DNA from: an uncultured Acidimicrobiia bacterium
GTDB lineage: Bacteria > Actinomycetota > Acidimicrobiia > IMCC26256 > JAENVU01
Reading direction: 5' to 3'
Assembly (NCBI GenBank): GCA_963770105.1
Contig: CAVYOL010000001.1
Location: forward strand, 296,786 to 360,785
DNA length: 64,000 nucleotides
Numbering within the stretch: the first letter of the stretch is position 1; each line of letters opens with the position of its first letter. Positions 28,467-39,418 of this stretch are shown piece after piece. The notes beneath the pieces were generated by a model. It ran no database searches and had not been told where the DNA came from. It saw only the letters and a program-made list of their open reading frames with translations. The position numbers were made by a program, and so were the translations under genes.

Positions 28467-29918
28467 CTACTTGATGCGCTTCAGGTACGGCACGAGCCGA
28501 GCAAAGAAGTCGTTGTGCGGATACGCGCCCGCGGGGTCGTTGTGCGCGTAGGTGGTCTGGCGATTCACGAGCGTGAGGTTCTTGGCCGGGATCTTCGATT
28601 GCGCCGCCAGCATCTGCGCGGCCTGCACGACCCGCGCGCCACCGAGGTGCGCGCCGAACGCGTAGATCAGCAGGCTCTTCGGAAGCTTGTGGCCCATCGT
28701 CGCGTGGACGTCGAGCACACCCTGGGCCGAGCTGGCGTTGCCGTTGTTCACGACCGCGGTGTCATTGGTCAGGCGCTGGGGGAAGTACCACTCGGTGCCG
28801 TCGACGCTGTTGATCCCGTCGCCCGAGAACATCGTGGCGAAGCGGCTGATCGGAGTGAGCGCGCCCGCGCCGTTCCATCCATGGACCGGCCCCTCCGCGG
28901 CAAGACCCGTGCCGAGGTGCGCCTGGGCTGCGGCCAGGCTCGCCGGCGAGGTGGCGACGTTGAGCGCGTAGCCGTACTGACCCACGTTGGTCACGCGCAC
29001 CGGCGGGACGATGTTCGACGGCAGCAGGCCCGATGTCTGACCGAGCGACGGACTGTTCGGATCGCGGAGCGCGGCCAGCGAACCGGTCGCGTTGTACAGC
29101 CCGGCGAACGGCGCGGTGATCCCACCGAACGAGAGCCACGGTGAGGCGCTCGGGGCGTTCAGCGCTTGCAGCTGCTGGTTCGCCTGCGCGGTGGTCATCG
29201 TGCTCGGACCGCTGCCACCGTCGATGTAGACCAGCCCGGCGAGGTCGTCGGCCCCGGCGCGACCGTTGAAGTTCCAGGTCGCGTAGGCCGTCACCACCGA
29301 TCCACCGAGCGAGTGACCACCGAGCACGACCTTGCCGCCGCGCTGCTTCGCGGCGCCGATGACGCGGTGCAGGTCCTCGACCGCGACGTTCATGCCCCAC
29401 TGCTTGGCGTATGCGACCGACGAGTTCGGGATCGTCTGGAAGTGGGTCGTCACGCTCGGGTCCTTGAGGTAGCCGAGGTAGTAGTTGTAGAGCTGCGTCG
29501 AGGTCGTCTTGCCGTGCTTGAACGCGTTCAGCTGGGACTGGTCCTCGAGCAGGTTCTCGCGCCGTTCCACCGACCAGATCTGCCAGCCGGAGGTCTTCGA
29601 CACGATCCACTTGGCGAGCGGCACGAAGTAGGCGCTCCCCGCCGAGGTCCCGGGCTCGAGCACCAACACGTTCTTCGCGCCCGCGGGGCCCACCTTGATG
29701 ACGCCGACCTTGTCGTAGCGGGCGGGGGTGCCGGGAACCCGGAGACCCGGCATCCAGCTCACGCGCAGCGCGCCTTTGGTCCCCGTGCTCGAGCTCGACG
29801 TCGTTGCCGCGGAAGCGCGGTCGGAGCCGCCCGATGCGCACAGAGCGATCAGCACCAGCGAAGCGGCGACCGCGACGACGCCTCCACCCGCCCGACGAAC
29901 CCATGACCCGCGCGACAT
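28467..29918 (-). CDS. secreted alpha/beta hydrolase (lipase/esterase-like)
   Basis: Signal peptide MSRGSWVRRAGGGVVAVAASLVLIALCASG and nucleophile elbow GGHSLGG. AAGGGGGAG RBS. Intact. Confidence 0.75.
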   Translation of the reverse strand: MSRGSWVRRAGGGVVAVAASLVLIALCASGGSDRASAATTSSSSTGTKGALRVSWMPGLRVPGTPARYDKVGVIKVGPAGAKNVLVLEPGTSAGSAYFVPLAKWIVSKTSGWQIWSVERRENLLEDQSQLNAFKHGKTTSTQLYNYYLGYLKDPSVTTHFQTIPNSSVAYAKQWGMNVAVEDLHRVIGAAKQRGGKVVLGGHSLGGSVVTAYATWNFNGRAGADDLAGLVYIDGGSGPSTMTTAQANQQLQALNAPSASPWLSFGGITAPFAGLYNATGSLAALRDPNSPSLGQTSGLLPSNIVPPVRVTNVGQYGYALNVATSPASLAAAQAHLGTGLAAEGPVHGWNGAGALTPISRFATMFSGDGINSVDGTEWYFPQRLTNDTAVVNNGNASSAQGVLDVHATMGHKLPKSLLIYAFGAHLGGARVVQAAQMLAAQSKIPAKNLTLVNRQTTYAHNDPAGAYPHNDFFARLVPYLKRIK

Positions 29919-29950
29919 CCGCTCCCCCTTCACCCCGGTGCCCGACCGAC

Positions 29951-29995
29951 CGTCTAAGGCGATCGCATTATCGATACAGACGAGTACCTTAGACG
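29951..29995. promoter_or_regulatory. inverted repeat in the lipase/TetR divergent region; candidate TetR operator
   Basis: CGTCTAAGG, 27 nt spacer, CCTTAGACG (perfect 9 bp arms). The AT-richer centre contains GCGATCGC. Confidence 0.35.
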
Positions 29996-30018
29996 GGAGC
30001 ACTCCGAAGGGGCAACGC

Positions 30019-30679
30019 ATGACCACGAGCGCCGGGCTCGACACCCGCGAGCAGATCATCCGATCGGCCGAGCAGCTCTTCGCCACGCACGGGATCGATG
30101 GAGTGTCGCTGCGCGAGATCAACAAGGTCGCAGGGCAGCGGAACTCGAGTGCGCTGCAGTATCACTTCGGAGATCGCAACGGTCTCCTCCGCGCGGTGCT
30201 CGACAAGCACCGCGCCGAGACGGAACCTCGACGGCACGCGCTGCTCGACCAGTACGAGTCGGCGGGCATCGATGACGTGCACGCGCTCGGTTCGGCGCTG
30301 GTGCTCCCGCTCGCGGCCAAGCTCGCGGACCCCGACGGCGGCCGCGCGTATCTGCAGATCAACTGCGACGTGTACACGCGTCCCAACCCGATCGAAGAGC
30401 TCGTTCCACGCCGGGGCTCGAAGAGCAGCATCCGGCGATGGCACGAGCTGCTCGACCCGCTCGTCTCCGACGACGAGATCAACGTCCTCCACTCGCGCTT
30501 TCCCGCGCTGCGCTTCGCGTTCGTGGAGCTCGCGCGCCGTGCGGGCTCCGCGCCGCGTTCGCGACGACCGGTTGTTCACCAGTCATCTGATCGACCTGGT
30601 CACCGCGCTCCTCGTCGTCCCCCCATCGCCGGCGACCGCCCGTCTCCTCGATGAGCACCGGTCGAATCGCACCGCGTAA
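30019..30679 (+). pseudogene. TetR family transcriptional regulator with a C-terminal frameshift near 30560
   Basis: REQIIRSAEQLFATHGIDGVSLREINKVAGQRNSSALQYHFGDRNGLL. The tail DDRLFTSHLIDLVTALLVVPPSPATARLLDEH is in another frame. Confidence 0.8.
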
Positions 30680-30716
30680 GGATCGGCGGGGAGAGCGCTG
30701 TGCAACGATTGGCCGA

Positions 30717-31157
30717 ATGACGACTCCGATCACTCCGCGGCAGTACAGCCCCGAGACCGCGGCGGCAATGGCCGCCTCCGACGATGCGCTGACGGGACTG
30801 CCCGCGTACCTCGGCATCCGGACGGTCGAGATGGGCCCGGCCCGGATGGTCGCCGAGCTCGACGTGCGCCCGGAGCTGCTGAACCCCTTCGGTTCGGCGC
30901 ACGGTGGGGTGATCGCCGGACTCGTGGACCACGTGCTCGGCTCCGTGCTGTACCCCGTCATCGAACGGGGTCAGTGGGCCGCGACCACGGAGTTCAAGCT
31001 CAACCTCGTCGCTGCGGTGCGCGGCGGGGTGCTGCGGGCCGAGGCGATCATCGTCGCGATGAGCAAGCGGACTGCGGTCGTGCACGTCGAGGTGACGAAC
31101 GACGGCACGCTCGCCGGCATGGCCCAAGGCACGGTGCTCATCCCGGACCCGCGCTGA
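30717..31157 (+). CDS. PaaI family (hotdog fold) thioesterase
   Basis: NPFGSAHGGVIAGLVDHVLGSV and TEFKLNLVAAVRGG...RTAVVHVEVTND. Confidence 0.8.
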   Translation: MTTPITPRQYSPETAAAMAASDDALTGLPAYLGIRTVEMGPARMVAELDVRPELLNPFGSAHGGVIAGLVDHVLGSVLYPVIERGQWAATTEFKLNLVAAVRGGVLRAEAIIVAMSKRTAVVHVEVTNDGTLAGMAQGTVLIPDPR

Positions 31158-31188
31158 GGACGAGTACCACCGGCTCGAACGAGGCGGC

Positions 31189-31746
31189 TCAGCTCCGGGT
31201 CCCGTAGCGGAGGTACACACCGGGACCGAACCGGCGCTCCTCCTGGAGGTCCAGCTCGACGCGGGTGTTGCTGGGGAACGCGGGCTTCCCTCCACCGACG
31301 AGCACCGGACCCACGAAGAGATGGCACTCATCGACCAGCCCGGCGTCGAACGTGTGCGCCGCGAGGATCGACCCGCCGATGGTCAGGTCGCGGGCGGCGG
31401 ACGCCTTCAGGTCGCGGACTGCATCGGGATCGAAGCGGCGCTCGATCCGCGTGTTGGCGGTCGAGGCGGAGCCCAGCGTCGTGGAGTAGACGATCTTGTC
31501 GGCCGCCTGCCAGAGGTTCGCGAAGTCGGCCCGGAGCTCCGACTCGGCGGCCAGGGCAGGTTCGGTCTCCCAGACGGCCATCGTCTCGTACAGGCGCCGT
31601 CCGTAGAGGTAGGTGCCGACCGGGCGCACCAGGTCAGTGATGAAGGCGAAGGCCTCGTCGGTGGGCTCGGTCCAATCGAAGCGGCCGTGCGCGTCCTCGA
31701 TGTAGCCGTCGACGGAGACGTTGGCGATGTAGATCAGCTTGGCCAT
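31189..31746 (-). CDS. dihydrofolate reductase family protein (RibD C-terminal domain-like)
   Basis: MAKLIYIANVSVDGYIEDAHGRFDW..., YLYGRRLYETM, GGSILAAHTFDAGLVDECHLFVGPVLVGGGKPAFP. Confidence 0.8.
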   Translation of the reverse strand: MAKLIYIANVSVDGYIEDAHGRFDWTEPTDEAFAFITDLVRPVGTYLYGRRLYETMAVWETEPALAAESELRADFANLWQAADKIVYSTTLGSASTANTRIERRFDPDAVRDLKASAARDLTIGGSILAAHTFDAGLVDECHLFVGPVLVGGGKPAFPSNTRVELDLQEERRFGPGVYLRYGTRS

Positions 31747-32120
31747 GCCGCTCCCTCGGGCGCCCGCGTGACGCTGCAGCTCAGCGTCCGTTCGAGTGAC
31801 CACGCTACCGACACAACTTCGTCGAGGGCGCTCCGAACCAGGTCGTGAGTCCCACATTGCGGGATTCACGTTGGACGTGCGAGTCTCGAGCACCACGGTG
31901 CGGCCAGGGTTTCGGACCACAGCGCCATGCAGATGGAGATCGCTTCGCCGGCCCATCCGCGAGGATGTCAACGGCGTCGTGGGCGCCAAACGGTCCCGGC
32001 TCTCCTTGCCAAGGAGTCGGGGCCGTTGCGCGTCTGTAGGGTCCCGTGCGTTCGACCACAGTCCGTCACCGCGACGCGTTCTTCGGGAGGCTCGTCCCTC
32101 GTGTACGACAATGGCGTCCG

Positions 32121-34416
32121 ATGACACGAGCACTACGGGCCTGGGGGCTGGTGTCGGTTCTGCTCGCTGCCTCCGTTGCCGGCGCCGCGTTCGTGGGACC
32201 TGTCGGCGCGGCGCGTGGTCGCACCGTCGGCCACCCCCGACGCCTCTTCGTGCTGTCACTGCCCGGTGTCACCTGGTCAGACCTCACCCCGGCAAGCGCG
32301 CCGACACTGAGTCGCCTCGTCGACCGGTCCGCGGTGGCCGACCTCGTCACGCGCGCCGATCGCCAGCCGGCAAGCCTCGGTGCGGCCTACGTGACCATTG
32401 GCGCGGGGACGCGAAGCGGAACCGCGCCGACCGACGGTGACGCGCTGGAGTCCGACGAGCGGTTCGGCAACGCCACCGCGGCCGATGCCTACCGCCAGCG
32501 AACCGGTCGCAGGCCCGGTCCCGGGATCGTCCAGCTCGGGATCGCCCAGATCACGGCGACCAATGCCTCGCTGCTCTTCGACGCGCACATCGGCGCGCTC
32601 GGCGACACCCTGCGAGATGCCGGCTACGCACGCGCGGTGATCGCCAACGCGGACCACGACCAACCCGACTCACCCCCGGGCCTTGACCAGCAGCTGGAAC
32701 GTCCGGCGGTCAGCGCGCTGATGGGTAGGTACGGCGTCGTGCGCGAGGGTGCCGTCGGACCGAACCTTCTGCGCGCCGACCGGAACGCGCCCTACGGCGT
32801 ACGCCTGGACCTCGGAGCCGTCGATGAGGCGTTCCGGCGCGTCTGGAGAGACCGCAGCGTCGTGCTCGTCGAGGCGTCGGACCTCGAGCGCGCCGACCGG
32901 TACGGCACATTCGCAACGTCGGAGCAGGCATCCCGGCTCCGCCTGCGCGCGCTCCGGCAAGCGGATGTCCTGGCCGCCCGGCTGCTCAGCCACGTGGACC
33001 TCCGCCGCGACGCCGTGATGGTGATCGCTCCGACCTCCCGCCCAGGAGACCGATCACTCACCGTCGTCGCGTTGCACGTGCCGGACGTACGACCGGGGCT
33101 CCTCCGAACGGCTACGACGCGCCGAGCCGGGTTCGTCGCACTGTCCGACATCGCCCCGACGATTCTGGACACACTCGGCATCCGTGCACCGACATCGATG
33201 GAAGGCCGTCCGATGCAGGTGGCCACAACGGGTGGGTCGGCCTCCGAGCGTCGATCCACCCTTGTCACTGCGAGCAACGACGGATTGCAACGCGATGCGC
33301 TGGTCAGACGGGTGACGGACTTCGTGGCATGGGTCGCGATCGCGATTGCGCTCGCAACGCTGCTGCTGCTCGGTCGGTTCTCGTGGGCACGACCATGGTT
33401 GCAGCTCGTGGCTCTCGGACTCGTCGGGTTCCTCGTCGCGACCTTCCTGATCGCACCGCTCCACGTCTCGCAACACGGTGGCGCCAGTACGTACTGGACG
33501 GTCACGATCGTCTTCGCGGCCGGCTTCGCACTCCTCTGCCGTCTTGCCGCGAGGCGGGGCCCGGCCGACCCGCTGATCCTCGCCCTCAGTCTGCTGGTCT
33601 TCGTGTTGACCGTCGACAACTTCACGCACGACCACTTGGAGTTCAACGCGGTCTTCGGCTACTCGGCGACGGTCGGCATCCGTCTCGCCGGGAACAGCAA
33701 CACTGCGTTCGCCCTTCTCGGTTCGAGCGCCGCGCTGTTGGCGGGACTCGTCGCCTGGCGCTTCGCCGCGTCGCGTGGCACGAGCGTCGCGATCGTGCTG
33801 CTCGCAATCGTCCTGCTCGCCTTCACGCCGCCGTTCTTCGGTCAAGACTTCGGGGGCACGCTCGCCGCCGCGCCGGCGTTCCTGGTGCTCGCATGGCTCC
33901 TGCTCGGACGACGCATCCGGGTGCGGACAATTTTCCGCGTTCGCGGCGGTCCTGGTCCTCAGCGGCTTGGTCGTCGGCTTCATCGACCTGCTCCGCCCCG
34001 CGAGCCAACAGACACACGTAGGCCGGTTCTTCGAGCAGGTCGGGAACCAGGGCTGGTCGGGCTTTGCGACCGTTCTGCAGCGCAAGGGCACTGAGAACGC
34101 GTCGACGCTGACGCAGTGGATCTCGATTCTGGTGCTGCTCACGGTCGTCGGGAGCGCGATCATCCTCTGGTACCGCCGGCCGCACCTCCTCCGGTGCGTG
34201 GCCGCCGCGATCCCGACGTTGCAGCCGGCCGCCATCGGCCTCGTCGTCCTCGCCGTGTTGGGCTACGCGCTCAACGACAGCGGCATCGCCATCCCGGCCA
34301 TGATGTGCGCGATCGCCGCGTCGGCCTTGGCCTTCCTCTGCTCGTGCACCTGGCCCGGCCATGACGTCGCAGAGCCGAGTGGTGATGCACCCGCGGAACG
34401 AGTTGGAGCGCCTTGA
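32121..34416 (+). pseudogene. large membrane protein with an N-terminal extracytoplasmic alkaline-phosphatase-superfamily-like domain and a C-terminal polytopic region; frameshift near 33925
   Basis: Signal/TM MTRALRAWGLVSVLLAASVAGAAFV, then LFVLSLPGVTWSDL, then about 9 hydrophobic segments. The tail (GQFSAFAAVLVLSGLVVGFIDLL...) is in another frame. The domain assignment is tentative. Confidence 0.5.
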
Positions 34417-35921
34417 GCCCCGACCGTCCGAGCGCGCCAACGTCCGGACGGAAGACGTGACGCATCGCTCGCGACGCCCCGCACTGGTGATCGTGGGGGT
34501 CTTCGTCGTCTCACGCGTCATTGCCTATGCCTTCGGTCTCCGCTTTGACGACCGATTGCTGCACGGCGCGTATCAGCTGCTCGACGTCCGACTGCTTCGC
34601 CACGATCCGATCACGAGCATCTTCTACCTCCAGAGCCAGCCGCCGCTCTTCAACGCGATGACGGCCCTGGTCGTTCGGCTCCCTGACCAGCTCGTCAACA
34701 CGACGCTCTTGCTCCTGTGGCATGCCGCCGCCCTCGCGACCGCGCTGCTCGCGTTCGGCACCATGCGTCGGCTCGGGGTGCGGCCGTGGCTCGCCGCAGG
34801 GCTCGTGTGCGTCTTTCTCCTGACCCCGGAGACCCTGCTCGTGGAGAGCTGGTTCTTCTATTCCCAGCTCGAGATGCTGCTGGTCGCGCTCGATGCTCTG
34901 GGGACTCGCGCGGTTCGCCGAGAGCCGGGCCACGAGCCACGGGCTGATCTTCGCCGGGAGCCTCGGTGCTCTCGTGCTGCTCCGCAGCTCCTTCCATGTC
35001 GCGCTCATGGTCCTGATGATCGCGATCGTCTGGCGTCAGCTGCACCTCGACGCGGGCAAGGTCGCAGCCATCGCCGCGATCCCGCTGCTCGTCGTCGGGG
35101 CGTGGTCGGTGAAGAACCTGGTCGTGTTCGACAGCTCCTCGAACAGCTCCTGGTTGGGGATGAACCTTTCGTACGTCGCCCACGCCGGCGTGAGCCACGA
35201 CGAGTGTCGGCAGCTCAGCGCCCAGCACACGGTGAGCGCGCTCGCCTGCAACCGTGCCTTCGGCAAACCCGCGGCGTACACACGTCGGTACCCCCATCCG
35301 CGGCGCTACGGCGTTGCCGCGACCGATTCCTTGTACAAGTCGACGGGTGAACCGAACTACAACGCCGGCCTGTACGCAGCCGTGTCACGGCAATACCAGC
35401 ACGACTCAGTCGAGCTCCTCCGCCGCGGGGGGCTTCGCGCGGTCACGCGCGCCGAGGCCGCCGCGTACACGGTGTGGGCCGAGCCCGGCGACGACGCTCT
35501 CCAGCTGCGCCTGGTGCGCAGTCCGATCGCCGGCTACGCCGACTGGTTCGATCGACTCGTCCTCCTCCGCCCCGTCGCCACCGGCTGGAACGACCCCGCT
35601 CGCTTCACAGCCGACGCCGGCCCGTTTCCCGTCGGCAACGCCCTCGGATCGGTCAGCTACACGCTGCTGGCCGGCTTCGCGCTCGCGATCTTCGGCGGCG
35701 TCACCGGTTGGCGCCAGGGTCGCCGGGGCCGGCCCGCACTGCAATGCGTCGGCGTGGCGGGGCTGATCGTCATCGTCGCGTCGACGGTCATCGGGAATGC
35801 GCTCGACTACCGCGAGAACAACCGCTTTCGGGTCGAAACGTCTCCAGCGGTGCTGGTGCTCGCGGGATTCGGCACCGAGGACCTCTGGCGCCGGATCCGC
35901 GCCAGGCGGCCCGCGGCGTAG
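34361..35921 (+). pseudogene. polytopic membrane protein, GT-C-fold glycosyltransferase-like; frameshift near 34900
   Basis: The N-terminal TM region contains FYLQSQPPLFNAMTALV. The second half starts LWGLARFAESRATSHGLIFAGSLGALVLL in another frame. The start may be the GTG near 34457. Confidence 0.45.
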
Positions 35922-35950
35922 GTCCGAAGCGCGCGGTCGCGGCCGAGCTC

Positions 35951-36178
35951 CTACTCCTCGGGTGGCGTCGCCCGTGGTGAGCCCAGCGCCAGCAGCACTG
36001 CGGCGACACCGACGAGCCCGACGTACCACCAGGGCGCGGCGCGTGCGACCACGAGCCGCTCGTCGACCAGCCCGATGAACGCCACCACCGCCGTCGCCAA
36101 CCCGATCACGAGCAGTGCAGCACGGACCACCCGGACCGCGAGTGAGCCGGAGCGCCAGATCCTCGGCATCCGGGCCAT
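35951..36178 (-). CDS. small two-TM membrane protein, hypothetical
   Basis: MARMPRIWRSGSLAVRVVRAALLVIGLATAVVAFIGLV...WWYVGLVGVAAVLLALG. This is the only protein-like part of a longer ORF. Confidence 0.3.
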   Translation of the reverse strand: MARMPRIWRSGSLAVRVVRAALLVIGLATAVVAFIGLVDERLVVARAAPWWYVGLVGVAAVLLALGSPRATPPEE

Positions 36179-36211
36179 TGTCGCATCCGCTCCGCTCCGC
36201 TCGGCGCCGGG

Positions 36212-37764
36212 GTGGCCTATCGTTCGGCCATCGAGCCGCGATCCGAGTCCGTGGCCGGCGCTCCGGACGCGGCGTCGCCCCCGGGCGCGACGTCCCGAGC
36301 AGGCGGCGAACCACGCGCCGGCGACGACCGGCCGCGGCGGCAAGGCTCGGCGTGGGTCGGCGGGGTCGTCGTCATGGCGCTCGCGCTCGCCGCGAGGCTG
36401 CCCGGCGACTTCCACCAGCTCATGGACACGGACGAGAGCGCAATCGCGACGATGGCGATGGTGCTCAACCGCGGCGGCGTGCTCTACCGCGACGTGATCG
36501 ACCGCAAGCCACCGATTCCAGCGTTCATCTACGCCGGCTCCTTCCAGCTGAGCGGCAACCGGGACCTGCGTCCCGTCCACGTGGTCGCCGCATTGGCCCT
36601 CGGCGCGTCGGCGCTGGTGTTGGCGTGGGGCGCAAGCCGCGTCGGTGGCTCCCGTGCGGGCTGGTGGGCGGCCGGACTGCTGATCGCGAGCACCACGGCG
36701 TTGCAACCACACGACGCGCAAGCGGCGAACTTCGCCCATTTCGCGTTGCTTCCTGGCTGCGCCGCAATCGTTGCGGCCCGGGTCGGAAGCCGCCGGAGCG
36801 CCGTGTTGGCCGGAATCTTCGTCGGGGTGGCGACGCTCACCCGTCAGACCTGGATCATCGGCATCGTGCCCGCGTCGTTCGCCGCGTGGTCATTCGGTGG
36901 CAGGCGATGGACCCACGCGGCGATGGTGATCGGTGCCGCGGCTCTGACGATCGTCTCGATCGCGATCGTCGTCCCATTCGGGAGCTTCTGGCACTGGACC
37001 TTTTCGGGGAACGGCTCGGTGCTCGCGATCGGCGAGTCGATGGACGTGGGCCGCCGAGCCGGGATCGTCTTCGAGCTGTTCCTCCTCGCGAACGTCGCCA
37101 TCTGTTGGCTCGTGGTCCGGCGCGGATGGCGCCGTTCCGACCTCGACCTCTGGCTGTGGACCGCGACCGGTCTGATCGCCTTCGTGGCCGGCTTCCGCTT
37201 CTTCGGGCACTACTGGCTGCAGGTCCTTCCTCCGCTGTGCCTCCTGGCCGGGCTCGGCGCAGCCTCGTGCGGAGCATGGCTCCGGCGCGCCCTCGTGGTC
37301 GTGGTCGCCGTGCCGGCAATCGCGGCTCTCGCCTACGCGATGCTCGAGCCGCCGGTCGTCGGGGCCGGCGTGGTACCCCAGCTGGCGCAGTACACGCGCG
37401 CGCACACACACCCGAACGATCTCGTCACCGTGTGGGGCAATGCGTCCGATCTCTACTGGCGTTCCGGGCGCCTGCCCGGGCGGCGCGCTCGATCAGCACC
37501 GACTTCGTCGTCGGCAAGACCGCCGGGCGCCGAGACGGCCGTGCGCGTCTAGCCGACGCGACGCCGGGCGCCCTCGACACCTTCCTCAGGTCGTTGCGCG
37601 CCCATCCCCCCGAGCTGTTCTTCGACACGTCGACGGGTCACCTGCGGGGCTATCACGCGTATCCGCTGTCGATCGTTCCCCCGGTCAAGCGCTTCGTCGA
37701 TGCGAACTACCAGATCGTCGGGAAGGTGCACGGGGTCACGGTGTACCGGCGGCGTCCGAGCTGA
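36212..37764 (+). pseudogene. ArnT/PMT-like (GT39/GT83, GT-C fold) membrane glycosyltransferase with a frameshift near 37485
   Basis: The first-loop motif DTDESAIATMAMVL...LYRDVIDRKPPIPAF matches the DE...KPP pattern of ArnT-like enzymes. About 10 TM segments. The tail STDFVVGKTAGR...YHAYPLSIVPPVKRFVDANYQIVGKVHGVTVYRRRPS is in another frame. Confidence 0.65.
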
Positions 37765-37905
37765 GGTCCGTAGGCGGCTCGGTTGGTGGGGCGGTTCGTC
37801 GCGCATCGGCAGGAGCAGGGTCCGCGGCCCTTCGCCCGGTATCGTGACGGCTGGATGAAGGGCTCCGGGACACCTCTGTTGGAACCTCCTCAGGTCGACG
37901 TGTCG

Positions 37906-38867
37906 ATGGGCCGCTCGCCTGTCGGCATCGTTGCCCGCACGAGACAGACGGCATGGCGTCGCCGATGGGTGATCGCCTGGGCATTCGGTGTCGTGATGTT
38001 CATCGTGCTCGTCGGAGTCCCGACGTCCCGTCCACAGATCTTCGGCGTTGTCGGGTTCGGGCTCATCGCGTCGAGTGCCGGTACCGCGGCGAAATGGAGT
38101 CGCGGTGATCGTCGACTTCGTGCCGTTCTTCGTGATGTTGACGATCGTACGACGCGCTCCACGGCGCCGCCGGCAACACTGGTTCGCTCCCGCACGCCCT
38201 CCCGCAGATCAAGGTCGACGAGTGGCTGTTCGGAGGGACGGTCCCGACGGACCCTCCAGCACGCGTTCTACACGCCAGGTGTCGCGCACGTCTGGGACTA
38301 CGCGGCGTTCGCCGTGTACATGACGCACTTCATCCTGCCCTACGTCGCCGCCGGGTTGCTGTGGAAGTACGACCACGAACGGCGTTCCACCGGTGGGTCG
38401 TGTTGTTCGTCGGGCTCAGCTTCGCGGCGTTCTTGACCTACGCGATCTATCCCAGCCGTGCCACCGTGGCTGGCGAGCCAGAGCGCACACCTTCCACCGA
38501 CCGCGAAGATCATCGACGAGATGTGGGCGCACGTCGGGTTCGCGAACGGCGCGCAGCGTCTTCTCCGCGACCGGCCACTTCGCCAATCCGGTGGCCGCGG
38601 TGCCGTCGCTCCACGAGGGGTACGCGCTGCTCTTCACGCTGTTCTTCTGGCGGCGCGCCGGCAGGTGGCGGCCGCTGCTCGCGCTCTATCCCGTTCGCGA
38701 TGGCGCTCGACGCTCGTCTACACGGGCGAGCACTACGTGATCGACATCATCCTCGGATGCCTGTACGCGACGACCGTGTTCGTCGTCGGCTCGAAGCTGC
38801 TCGAACCGCTGGGACGAACGTCGATTCCGGCTCCGGACCTCGTCGATCGGACGCTGCCACCGCCTGA
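37906..38867 (+). pseudogene. PAP2-superfamily (PAP2_3 / inositolphosphotransferase-like) membrane protein with 5 or more frameshifts; 3' end uncertain
   Basis: Fragments in three frames:
- WVIAWAFGVVMFIVLVGV
- VIVDFVPFFVMLTIV
- HVWDYAAFAVYMTHFILPYVAAGLLW
- VVLFVGLSFAAFLTYAIYP
- PVAAVPSLHEGYALLFTLFFW
- LVYTGEHYVIDIILGCLYA (PSLH and HY..D motifs). Confidence 0.55.
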
Positions 38868-38967
38868 CGGATCCGTCGAATCGATCAGCACGCCGGGTTC
38901 GCGATCGTCCCGTTCGGCATCATCGGTGCGACAGAGGTGGACCCGGTCGCGAGTTGTCGCGGCGACG

Positions 38968-39329
38968 TCAGACGGCCCCGGTGAGGTCGGCCCCGGTGAG
39001 GTCGGCGCCGACCAGATCGGCGTGCCGGAGGTCAGCGCCACTGAGGTCGGCGTAGCTGAGGTTCGCGTGGTCGAGGTCCGCCCCGACGACGGCGCGCCCT
39101 GCAGCGTCGCACCACTCAGGTCGGACGCGGAGAGATCGGCGGCGGTGAGGTCGGCCAGATGGAGATCGGCGTCGAACAGTTCGGCGTTGACGAGCTTCGC
39201 GCCGCGCATGTAGTTCCCTGCACACAAGGAGCCGGGCTTGATCGGACATGCGCCGATCTTCGTCTGCTCCGCCTGGTTGCAGGCGGAAGCGACGAACAAC
39301 ACGGCGAGCGAGAGGGTGGCGATCACCAT
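38968..39329 (-). pseudogene. pentapeptide-repeat lipoprotein with a frameshift near 39105
   Basis: The lipobox-like N-terminus is MVIATLSLAVLFVASAC. It is followed by A(D/N)LxG-type repeats: AELFDADLHLADLTAADLSASDLSGATLQG, then in another frame GADLDHANLSYADLSGADLRHADLVGADLTGADLTGAV. Confidence 0.65.
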
Positions 39330-39418
39330 CCGCCGGCGTCGTGGCTCCTGAGAACGCCGGACAGGCACGCCGGTGGAGGGTAACGGCCGGCGACCCGCGA
39401 CTGGGCGGCGACATCCGG

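Noticed and set aside
38940-39200. Tandem-looking DNA repeats (variations of GAGGTCGGC, such as GTGAGGTCGGCCCCG / GTGAGGTCGGCGCCG / CTGAGGTCGGCGTAG) that could be mistaken for a short CRISPR or satellite array.
   Set aside because: The period is 15 nt with no unique spacers. The repeats are fully explained by the A(D/N)LxG pentapeptide-repeat coding sequence on the minus strand.
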